This document shows positions 43,621-52,064 of a stretch of 64,000 bases of DNA, in pieces. Under the pieces are notes generated by a model. The model was given only the letters and a program-made list of their open reading frames with translations, was not told where the DNA came from and did not search any database. The stretch lies in NCBI GenBank assembly GCA_902780395.1, contig CACZFH010000008.1, forward strand, positions 20,278 to 84,277, read 5' to 3'. This stretch comes from an uncultured Erysipelotrichaceae bacterium. Its GTDB lineage: Bacteria; Bacillota_I; Bacilli_A; RF39; UBA660. Every line of letters starts with the position of its first letter. The stretch's first letter is position 1. The position numbers and the translations under genes are program-made.

Positions 43621-44796
43621 ATGACAATAAAAAAAAGTGAACGAAATTCAAATTTTGAGTTAATGCGAATCATATCAATGTTATTTGTAGTGATTTATCA
43701 CGTTAGATTGCATAGTGGTTTTGGAACCAGAGCAACAGGAACAGTTGATTTAATATTAGACTTTATTACCAATATTATCATTGTACATGTGAATTCCTTT
43801 GTACTTCTAAGTGGATATTTTCAATCAAAATCAAAAATGAAATTTTCAAAAGTAATAAAGCTAAATAATGCTACTTGGTTTTATAAAGTATTATTCTTAA
43901 TAATAGCCTTAGTCCTAGTAAATAACTTTGGAATAAGGGTAGATGGTAATTTTGAAAAAATAAATATTTTAAAAACACTATCTCCGCTAGATCACGGAAT
44001 ATATTGGTTTATAGATTGTTATTTAGTACTTTACTTGATATCACCATTACTAAATAAATTGATTGCTAATTTAACCAAAAAAGAATTTGAAAGAGCACTC
44101 TTATTATTATTTGTTCTATTTAGTATCATACCAATTTTAACGGTTGAAGAAGTGATATATACAAAATCAGGACATTCCGTCACAACCTTTATTCTGTTAT
44201 ATTTTATAGGTGCTTATTTAAGAATATATCCAATTGAAAAAAACTATTATTTTAAAAGAATGTCCAAAAGATTAAGACAAACACTTTATATCTTAATAAT
44301 TATAACAGTTCCAGTAATATCATTATCAGGAAGATTAGTTGCTGAAAAAATAAGTGGTTACGGAGTAGTACCTGCTCAATTATCACAAATTCTACTAACG
44401 AATTATTTGGGTTTTGGAAGTCCATTGTTAATAATACAAACAGTTGCTTACTTATTATTATTTGAATCATTTAGTATTAATAATAAAATAATAAACAAAT
44501 TATCCCAATACACCTTTGGAGTATATTTAGTACATGAGAATATCTTTGTAAGAGAAAATTTATATCGCTATATTGGCTTTACAAAGATTGATAATATTAC
44601 TTTAAAAACAATTGTATTAATGCTAATAACGGCCATTATAATATACATCATTTCCACCTTAATTGAAGCATTAAGACAACTGCTATTCAAGTTTATCTAT
44701 GATAGAAAGCTAAGTAAAAGAATAAGAGATGTCTCAACCCAATATATAAAAGATATTGGATTAATAGAGAATAATAAAAATGAAGGAGTAAATTAA
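43621..44796 (+). CDS. Acyltransferase family 3 (polysaccharide O-acyltransferase)
   Basis: RNSNFELMRIISMLFVVIYH, FVLLSGYF, YWF..Y, TFGVYLVH. Confidence 0.85.
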   Translation: MTIKKSERNSNFELMRIISMLFVVIYHVRLHSGFGTRATGTVDLILDFITNIIIVHVNSFVLLSGYFQSKSKMKFSKVIKLNNATWFYKVLFLIIALVLVNNFGIRVDGNFEKINILKTLSPLDHGIYWFIDCYLVLYLISPLLNKLIANLTKKEFERALLLLFVLFSIIPILTVEEVIYTKSGHSVTTFILLYFIGAYLRIYPIEKNYYFKRMSKRLRQTLYILIIITVPVISLSGRLVAEKISGYGVVPAQLSQILLTNYLGFGSPLLIIQTVAYLLLFESFSINNKIINKLSQYTFGVYLVHENIFVRENLYRYIGFTKIDNITLKTIVLMLITAIIIYIISTLIEALRQLLFKFIYDRKLSKRIRDVSTQYIKDIGLIENNKNEGVN

Positions 44797-44797
44797 T

Positions 44798-45769
44798 ATG
44801 TCAAAGAAAGAAGTAAAAAAAGAGATATTTAAGAATAAAAAGATTGCCGTACTAATACCCTGCTATAATGAATCAAAAACAATTGAAAAAGTTGTAAAAG
44901 ATTATAAAGAAGTATTACCAGAAGCCGATATATATGTATATGATAATAATTCGTCAGATAAAACAGATGAGATTGCCAAGAAAGCTGGAGCAATTGTAAA
45001 ATATGAGTATAAACAAGGAAAAGGCAACGTTATTCGTACTATGTTTAAAGATATAGATGCCGATTGCTATTTAATGATAGATGGAGACGATACCTATCCA
45101 AAAGAAAACGCTAGAGAAATGTGTGAATTAATATTAGAAGGAAAAGCAGATATGGTCATCGGAGACAGACTATCATCTACCTATTTTACAGAAAATAAAA
45201 GACCATTCCATAATTTTGGAAATGTCTTGGTAAGAAGTTTAATTAATAATCTATTTAACAGCAATGTTAGAGATATTATGACTGGTTATCGTGCCTTTAG
45301 TTATGAATTCGTAAAAACTTTCCCAGTCCTTTCCAAGGGCTTTGAAATAGAAACGGAAATGACTATTCATGCCTTAGATAAAAACTTTAGTTTAAAAGAA
45401 ATAGCTGTTGAATATAGAGATAGACCAGCAGGAAGTGAATCTAAATTAAATACTTTCTCAGATGGATTTAAGGTACTAAAAACGATTGGAAGATTATTTA
45501 AAGAATATAAGCCAACTATCTTCTTTGGAACGATTGGTACCATATTCTTAATTTTATCACTTATATTTGGAATACCTGTATTTATAGAATATTTTCAAAC
45601 AGGATTAGTTCCTAGATTTCCAACTTTAATTTTTGCAGGATTATTATTAACAATTAGTTTATTAATGTATATTTGTGGAATAATTTTAGAAGTAGTAGTA
45701 AAGAAACATAGACAATTATTTGAATTAGTATTAATAAGGACGAAATATGACTCAAAGATTATTAAATAA
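44798..45769 (+). CDS. Polyprenyl-phosphate glycosyltransferase (GT2, GtrB/DPM1-like)
   Basis: LIPCYNE, DNNSSD, IDGDDTY, GFEIETE, two C-terminal TM helices. Confidence 0.88.
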   Translation: MSKKEVKKEIFKNKKIAVLIPCYNESKTIEKVVKDYKEVLPEADIYVYDNNSSDKTDEIAKKAGAIVKYEYKQGKGNVIRTMFKDIDADCYLMIDGDDTYPKENAREMCELILEGKADMVIGDRLSSTYFTENKRPFHNFGNVLVRSLINNLFNSNVRDIMTGYRAFSYEFVKTFPVLSKGFEIETEMTIHALDKNFSLKEIAVEYRDRPAGSESKLNTFSDGFKVLKTIGRLFKEYKPTIFFGTIGTIFLILSLIFGIPVFIEYFQTGLVPRFPTLIFAGLLLTISLLMYICGIILEVVVKKHRQLFELVLIRTKYDSKIIK

Positions 45770-47906
45770 TAATATTACTAAATTTATCATAGGAACCATT
45801 TGTTATATAACGATTGCGTATAAGACAGAGATAAAAGTATATGAACCATTTTCGTGGTTATTATATGGTTTTATGATAATTTCAATATTAAAGATAAACT
45901 TGTATGACAGAAGAAATTTTAAAACAAGCTTAACTTTATCGTCTATTTATTCAATACTACTAATAGTTGGAAAAACTGTCCAAGATGGCTTATTTTATAC
46001 CGATAAATCAATTTGGAAAGTATTATTTACACCAAGCAAATTAATATCCCTTATCCTTGCATTTATTTTAGTATATGTATTATTAATAAATATATTAACC
46101 TTTTTAGATAAACACAAAATGTTTGAAGAAAAAAAGAGTAGAAAGAATAAAAAATGGATTTTTATAGGAACATTTATTATCGTTTTATTATCAAGAATTC
46201 CATTCTTTCTAGCAACATATCCAGGAATATTAACACCAGATAGTATTTCAGAAATGAGAGAAATTATCTGTACAAATTGTACTCTAAGTAATCATCATCC
46301 ACTGATACATTTATTATTTATGTATATCCCATATCAAATTGGAATAACTATCTTTCATGATGTAAATCAAGCAGTTGCTTTAGCAACATTTACTCAAGTC
46401 GTTATAACATCACTTTTAATAAGTTATATAATTACCTATTTATATAAAAATAATGTTAAAAAAGCTTATATAGTATTATCATTATTATTCTACACATTAT
46501 TACCAATTCATGGATATTATAGTGTTACCCTATGGAAAGATATTATGTTTTCCTATTTAATGGTAATATTAATTATTATTACTTGTGAATTATATAAAAA
46601 ATATTTTAGTAACAATAACTTTACTAAAAAAGATTTAATCATATTTATTCTTTTATCTTTATTAGTAGTTTTATTCAGAAATAATGCTATCTATGCTTAT
46701 GTATTATTTGCTATGGTACTAGTAATAGTATTTAGAAAACAAGCAAAGAAAATAATAATTTCTACCATGGTAGTAATAGTTACTTATTATATTATTTTGT
46801 ACCCAATGTATAATTTCATGGGTGTTAAAAGATCATCATCAGCAGAATATATTGCTATTCCCCTTCAACAAATAGGTAGAATGGCATATAAAGATGTTAA
46901 ATTCACAGAAAAAGAAAAAGCGTTAATCTCAAAAGTAATAGATGTCAATATTTTAAAAGAAGATTATTATCCAGCTAATGTCGATAGTATTAAATTTGAT
47001 AAGAGATATAATTCTAAATATTTTGACAATCATAAATCGGATTACCTAAAACTATGGTTCTCTTTGGTATTAAAGCACCCTTCAGTAGCAACAGAAGCCT
47101 ATCTTACATCAACCGTAGGATATTGGTATCCTGGAATAAGAATTTGGAATGCTGGACGAGGAGTAGAAAAAAACAAATTTGGAATTAAGGAACAACCTAA
47201 AGGAAATAAAACAATAAACAATATTATATTAAGCAGTGATGATAAACAAAAAGATATATATCTATTAAATATGTTTTTAGCACCAGCATTTGGTTTCTGG
47301 ATATTATTAGCATTATTATTTGCTAGTATGAAAAAGCAAAAAGAAAAGTTGGTTATATTCGCTCCTTTATTAGGAATCTGGATTACTATGATGATAGCTT
47401 CACCAGTATATGGAGAATACCGATATGTTTATTCACTGTTGTTAGCCATCCCAGTTTTAGGAATTGTTCCATCTATGGAAACAAAGAACCCCAGAAGAAA
47501 CGGAAATTTATTAAACATTCATAATAAATTATTTGCTCAAATGTTTAAGTTTTTAATAGTTGGAGGACTAGCCTTTGTAATAGATTATTTAGTATTAATT
47601 ATTTGTAAAGAAGTATTTGGAATAACAGTATTATTATCAGCTGCCATAGCCTTTACTATATCCGTTATATTTAACTATCTACTAAGCATTAAATGGGTAT
47701 TTGAAGTAGATCAAAGTAAATCAAAAAAACGAAACTTTATTCTCTTTATAGTTTTAAGTATTGTTGGACTAATAATAACAGAAATAATTATGGAAATTGG
47801 TTGTAGCTACTTAAATATTTATTACTTAATTGTAAAGATTTTCGCAACTGCCGTAGTAATGGTATTTAATTTTATTACCAGAAAGATTTTTCTAGAAAAA
47901 AAATAG
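45747..47906 (+). CDS. DUF6020-like polytopic membrane protein (GT-C-like) fused to a C-terminal GtrA-like flippase domain
   Basis: YPGILTPDS, NHHP, WKD, FRNN, PLQQI, EYRY; last ~125 aa KFLIVGGLAFVIDY..FNYLLS..FNFITRKIF. Confidence 0.75.
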   Translation: MTQRLLNNNITKFIIGTICYITIAYKTEIKVYEPFSWLLYGFMIISILKINLYDRRNFKTSLTLSSIYSILLIVGKTVQDGLFYTDKSIWKVLFTPSKLISLILAFILVYVLLINILTFLDKHKMFEEKKSRKNKKWIFIGTFIIVLLSRIPFFLATYPGILTPDSISEMREIICTNCTLSNHHPLIHLLFMYIPYQIGITIFHDVNQAVALATFTQVVITSLLISYIITYLYKNNVKKAYIVLSLLFYTLLPIHGYYSVTLWKDIMFSYLMVILIIITCELYKKYFSNNNFTKKDLIIFILLSLLVVLFRNNAIYAYVLFAMVLVIVFRKQAKKIIISTMVVIVTYYIILYPMYNFMGVKRSSSAEYIAIPLQQIGRMAYKDVKFTEKEKALISKVIDVNILKEDYYPANVDSIKFDKRYNSKYFDNHKSDYLKLWFSLVLKHPSVATEAYLTSTVGYWYPGIRIWNAGRGVEKNKFGIKEQPKGNKTINNIILSSDDKQKDIYLLNMFLAPAFGFWILLALLFASMKKQKEKLVIFAPLLGIWITMMIASPVYGEYRYVYSLLLAIPVLGIVPSMETKNPRRNGNLLNIHNKLFAQMFKFLIVGGLAFVIDYLVLIICKEVFGITVLLSAAIAFTISVIFNYLLSIKWVFEVDQSKSKKRNFILFIVLSIVGLIITEIIMEIGCSYLNIYYLIVKIFATAVVMVFNFITRKIFLEKK

Positions 47907-47985
47907 TTGACACTTTTTGCATTTTTTTAATCCCCGATTTATTGTATTTTTCTGTTAAAATTAGTATAATTTTAGAGGTGTTAGT

Positions 47986-48693
47986 ATGAATAAGATTATG
48001 CGAAAAGGAATTATAATAGTTTTAATTATTTTTATCGTTGGAATAATAGTAGGTTATAATCTAAAAGAACCAGAAAAAGAAGTAATTACCAAAAAAGAAA
48101 TAGTTGAAAAAGGAAAAACCACGAATGATATCTTAAAAAAAGATAATATAGTCTTTTTAGGTGATTCTATAACAGAGTATTATCCAATAGATGAAATATT
48201 CAATTTACCAATTATCAATAGTGGAAAGTCAGGTTATAAAACTGATCAAATATTACCTGAATTAAAAGAATTAGTATATCAATATAATCCAACTAGTGTT
48301 TACATATTAATTGGAACTAATGATTTTAGAGACGAAGACGATGATAAACTAGTAAATGAAGTAGAGGAAAATATAGTAAAAATAGTAGAAAACATTCAAA
48401 GGTATAGATCTAAAGCAAAAATATATATCCAATCTATTTATCCTGTTAATAGAACAATAAAAAACAACAGTGCCAATCATCGTCAAAATGATGAAATAAT
48501 AGAAGTTAATAATTATTTAAAAGAATACTGTGAAAAAGAACATTTAACCTACATAGATATGTATAATAAATTAGTTGATGAAGATGGTAATCTCTCAAAA
48601 GAATATACTAATGATGGTCTTCATCCAAATGAATTAGGTTATTCTAGAATTAGTAGAGAATTATTACCATTTATATATGAAATAGAAGAATAA
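47986..48693 (+). CDS. Membrane-anchored SGNH/GDSL hydrolase
   Basis: FLGDSIT, GTND, DGLHPN. Confidence 0.9.
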   Translation: MNKIMRKGIIIVLIIFIVGIIVGYNLKEPEKEVITKKEIVEKGKTTNDILKKDNIVFLGDSITEYYPIDEIFNLPIINSGKSGYKTDQILPELKELVYQYNPTSVYILIGTNDFRDEDDDKLVNEVEENIVKIVENIQRYRSKAKIYIQSIYPVNRTIKNNSANHRQNDEIIEVNNYLKEYCEKEHLTYIDMYNKLVDEDGNLSKEYTNDGLHPNELGYSRISRELLPFIYEIEE

Positions 48694-48700
48694 ATCAAAT

Positions 48701-48722
48701 AAGGAACAAAAGTTCCTTTTTT
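48701..48722 (+). terminator. Intrinsic terminator
   Basis: aaggaac-aaaa-gttcctt plus T-tract. Confidence 0.65.
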
Positions 48723-48769
48723 ATTAGTAATTTCTTTTATAAATGCTATAATATAAATGAATAGATGAA

Positions 48770-49705
48770 TTGGAGTTGATTCATTTGAAAAAATGTGTAA
48801 TAATAATGAATCCAGAAAGTGGTAGAAAGAAAAAAATTAAAACATATGAAGAATTTTATGATATTTTAAGAAAATATGGATATGACACAGAAATAATTCT
48901 AACAAAAAGTAAAGGTGACGGAGAGAACATCATTCAAGCTTTAAATGATGATATTGACCTAGTAGTAAGTGCTGGAGGAGACGGAACCTTAAATGAAATT
49001 ATCACTGGAAATATGAAACGTCATAAAAAACTAGTAATAGCGCCACTACCTCTAGGCAGTACCAATGATGTTGGAAACATGTATGGTTTAGATAAACCAG
49101 TCTATGAAAATTTAGAAATACTTCTAAAAGGAAAAGCTAAAAAACTAGATGTTTGTTACATTAACGAAAAACCCTTTATTTATGTTGCTTGTTTAGGAGA
49201 ATATATAAATATGGCGTATGCCACACCAAGAGAGTTAAAGAAAAAATATGGTAGAATAGCTTATTTTTTATACGGAATACAGCAATTCCATACCAAAATA
49301 AAATCTTATAACATTCGCTATAAAGTAGAAGACATCACATATGAAGGAACCTATTCCTTTATCTTTATTTCCAATTCATCTAGGATTGCTGGTCAACCTG
49401 ATGTCTATTATGATGTAAAATTAGATGATAATAGGTTTGAAGTAGCATTAGCAAATGTCAAAGATATCAGAGAACTATCAAGATTACTTGTCCTAGCAAG
49501 TACAGTAGATGTAAAAACAATTCCTGATATAACCTATTACCAAACCAATTATTTTGAATTAGAATTTTTAACACCACTAGATACTTCATGGTGTGTAGAT
49601 GGAGAAGAGTATAATTCAAATTCTCAAAAATACATCTTTACCGTAAATCAAAACATGAAAATGTTAGTCCCTAAAGAAACTGAAAACATATTATTTGAAG
49701 GATAA
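48770..49705 (+). CDS. Diacylglycerol kinase (YegS/DgkB) family lipid kinase
   Basis: NPESG, GGDGTLNE, PLGSTND, VDGE; true start may be TTG 48785. Confidence 0.88.
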   Translation: MELIHLKKCVIIMNPESGRKKKIKTYEEFYDILRKYGYDTEIILTKSKGDGENIIQALNDDIDLVVSAGGDGTLNEIITGNMKRHKKLVIAPLPLGSTNDVGNMYGLDKPVYENLEILLKGKAKKLDVCYINEKPFIYVACLGEYINMAYATPRELKKKYGRIAYFLYGIQQFHTKIKSYNIRYKVEDITYEGTYSFIFISNSSRIAGQPDVYYDVKLDDNRFEVALANVKDIRELSRLLVLASTVDVKTIPDITYYQTNYFELEFLTPLDTSWCVDGEEYNSNSQKYIFTVNQNMKMLVPKETENILFEG

Positions 49706-49708
49706 AAA

Positions 49709-50320
49709 ATGAAAAAAATGAAAGTATTTACAAAATTAGTATTGTGTATCATCTATATTGGATTAATAATATTTCTAATGATTAATTGCTATAACTTGTT
49801 TCAAGCAAAACAACAAACAATTCATTGGACAGAAGCAGAAAATATAAATAATTATTCCTATATAGATATCTCTAAAATGTCAGAAAAGTTTGCTTATGAC
49901 GAAGAAAATCATGTAGGTATTCACTTTGTTATAGAAAAAGAAGAAACAGGATTATGGCATACCTATTTAATTGCCATCAATGAAGATGAATATGATACTT
50001 ACAAAGAAATAATTGATTATACGTATCAAAGGACCGATAAAGAACCCGAAAAAATACGTGTATATGGTTATCCCGTAATAATCGATGAAGCAACAAAACA
50101 GTTAGCTATTAAAAGCATAAAAGACTTTCTACCAAGAGAAAATGAAATAGAAATTACCAATGATAATTATGAAAAATTCTTAACAAATAGTTACTTAGAT
50201 GTAACAAAACCAAGAAAAGAAGAGTTTAGTTTATTACTACTTGCTAGTATGATTCTCTTGTTTACAATAAGTATATTATTAGGTAAAACAATACTAGGAA
50301 ATAATAAGAAAAATAGATAG
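49709..50320 (+). CDS. Hypothetical membrane protein
   Basis: N- and C-terminal TM helices, operonic spacing. Confidence 0.7.
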   Translation: MKKMKVFTKLVLCIIYIGLIIFLMINCYNLFQAKQQTIHWTEAENINNYSYIDISKMSEKFAYDEENHVGIHFVIEKEETGLWHTYLIAINEDEYDTYKEIIDYTYQRTDKEPEKIRVYGYPVIIDEATKQLAIKSIKDFLPRENEIEITNDNYEKFLTNSYLDVTKPRKEEFSLLLLASMILLFTISILLGKTILGNNKKNR

Positions 50321-50331
50321 GAGTGTATTAT

Positions 50332-51564
50332 ATGGAATTTCAAGAATTAACAGAACAAGAATATCGATCATTTTGGGAAAATCATCCTCTGAAAACCTTT
50401 TTGTCTGCCACCGAAATAGCCAAACTAAGAGAAAAGTCAGGATGGAATACTGCCTATGTAGGAGTAAAAAAAGGTAAAAAAGTGATTGCGGCTACCATGC
50501 TATTAAGTCATAAAAGACACTTCAATCAATATGAATTCTATTCTCCAAGAGGTTTTCTAATGGATTTTCATGACAATGACTTATTAGAATTTTTTACTCA
50601 AGAATTAAAAAAATATATAAAAGAGAAAAAAGGCTATATTCTAAGAATAGATCCATATGTAATTTATAAAGAAAGAGACATTGATGGAAATATAGTGGAA
50701 GGTGGAGAAGATAATTCAAAAGTAGTCGAAAAACTATTAGAATTAGGATATCATAAAGTGCCAACTGAACAAAAAGAACAAGTAGGATGGATGTTTTCTC
50801 TAAATTTAGAAGGAAAAACAGAAGAACAAATTCTAAAAGAAATGAAGCCAAATACTAGAAATACCATTCGCAAAGCAGAAAAATTTGGTATTACTGTAAA
50901 AGAAATAACATATGAAGAACTTGATAGATTTCAAAATATCATGGAAGAAACTTCAAAAAGAAAAGGCTTTTCCAATAGAAAACTATCATATTATCAAGAT
51001 ATGTATCAATTATTTCATGATAAAGAAGAAGTTAAATTTTTCATAACAGAATTAAATCTAAAGAATTATATAGAAAGATTAGAAAAAGAAAAAGAAGAAA
51101 AGGAAGAAAAGAAAAAATCACTAAATGATGCTAAGTACAATGATGGAATCAGAAAGAATCTAGAAAATGAAATAGAAACTTTAGAGAGAAGAATAAATGA
51201 TTCTAAAAACATTATCTCAGAAAAGAAGACAGATATTATAACCTTATCAGGTTCTATGTTTATGTTAATAAAACCAGAAGTAATATACTTATCAAGTGGA
51301 AATTATGAAGAATTTATGAAGTTTAATTCCCAATATTTAATTCAATGGGAATTAATAAAATATGGAATAGAGAATGGATTTAAAAAGCATAATTTCTATG
51401 GAATACCTGAAAATATCAATGAACATCCCAAAGATTATGGTATTTATGAATTTAAAAGAGGTTTTAATGGCTATGTAGAAGAACTAATTGGAGAATTTGA
51501 ATTACCAATAAATATTTTTTATAAAGTATTTCAGTTAATTCATAAAATTAAAGGAGGAAAATAA
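50332..51564 (+). CDS. FemABX/MurM peptidoglycan interpeptide-bridge aminoacyltransferase
   Basis: YSPRGF, RIDP, coiled-coil insert, YLSSG, HNFYGI, FKRGFNG.VEELIGEF. Confidence 0.9.
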   Translation: MEFQELTEQEYRSFWENHPLKTFLSATEIAKLREKSGWNTAYVGVKKGKKVIAATMLLSHKRHFNQYEFYSPRGFLMDFHDNDLLEFFTQELKKYIKEKKGYILRIDPYVIYKERDIDGNIVEGGEDNSKVVEKLLELGYHKVPTEQKEQVGWMFSLNLEGKTEEQILKEMKPNTRNTIRKAEKFGITVKEITYEELDRFQNIMEETSKRKGFSNRKLSYYQDMYQLFHDKEEVKFFITELNLKNYIERLEKEKEEKEEKKKSLNDAKYNDGIRKNLENEIETLERRINDSKNIISEKKTDIITLSGSMFMLIKPEVIYLSSGNYEEFMKFNSQYLIQWELIKYGIENGFKKHNFYGIPENINEHPKDYGIYEFKRGFNGYVEELIGEFELPINIFYKVFQLIHKIKGGK

Positions 51565-51816
51565 ATGCATAAAACATATTATCCTAAAGGAGTTTGTTCC
51601 ACTAAAATAGATTTTGATATTGAAGATAATAAGATTCATAATTTAGTAGTAACAAATGGTTGCAATGGAAATTTAAAAGGGATAGCAGCCTTAGTAGAAG
51701 GACAAGATATCAAAGAAGTAGAAGCTAGGCTAAAAGGAATTAAATGTGGTTTTAAGAATACATCTTGTCCAGATCAGATTGCTAAAGCCCTAGAAGAAGT
51801 TATAGAAAATCAATAA
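51565..51816 (+). CDS. TSCPD-domain protein (TIGR03905-like)
   Basis: GVCS, GCNGNL, GIKCG, TSCPDQ. Confidence 0.88.
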   Translation: MHKTYYPKGVCSTKIDFDIEDNKIHNLVVTNGCNGNLKGIAALVEGQDIKEVEARLKGIKCGFKNTSCPDQIAKALEEVIENQ

Positions 51817-51849
51817 TGACTAATAATAGCTTATATAAGTAAATTTTAT

Positions 51850-51878
51850 TTGCATTTTTATTAAGAATAGTATATTCT
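51850..51878 (+). promoter_or_regulatory. Probable sigma-A promoter of the uracil permease-upp leader
   Basis: TTGCAT-17bp-TATTCT. Confidence 0.55.
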
Positions 51879-51898
51879 CATATAAAGGGCGTGAAAAT

Positions 51899-51994
51899 AT
51901 GAGTAAGAAGGAAAAGCTTAATCTTATGATGATTCATAAAGAAATGGTTTCTTTCTTATTCATTTTTTTATCACTTACTATCTTATCAATTTAG
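51899..51994 (+). CDS. Putative 31-aa leader peptide MSKKEKLNLMMIHKEMVSFLFIFLSLTILSI
   Basis: ATG preceded by aaagggcgtga; pyrimidine-rich second half; TAG overlaps the terminator stem; below the ORF-track cutoff. Confidence 0.45.
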   Translation: MSKKEKLNLMMIHKEMVSFLFIFLSLTILSI

Positions 51995-52027
51995 AAGGGG
52001 GTTCTATTGGACATTCCTTCTTTTTTT
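51994..52027 (+). terminator. Attenuator terminator upstream of uracil permease
   Basis: GAAGGGGGUUC-UAUU-GGACAUUCCUUC plus U7. Confidence 0.75.
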
Positions 52028-52064
52028 GTAAAGAAAGGCCCTAAAAAGAGAGGAGAGAGAGAAT

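Noticed and set aside
51880-52030. Canonical PyrR-binding attenuator, or type I toxin gene
   Set aside because: No PyrR loop consensus found. A toxin reading of the hydrophobic 31-mer is not excluded, but no antisense unit is evident and the context favours a leader
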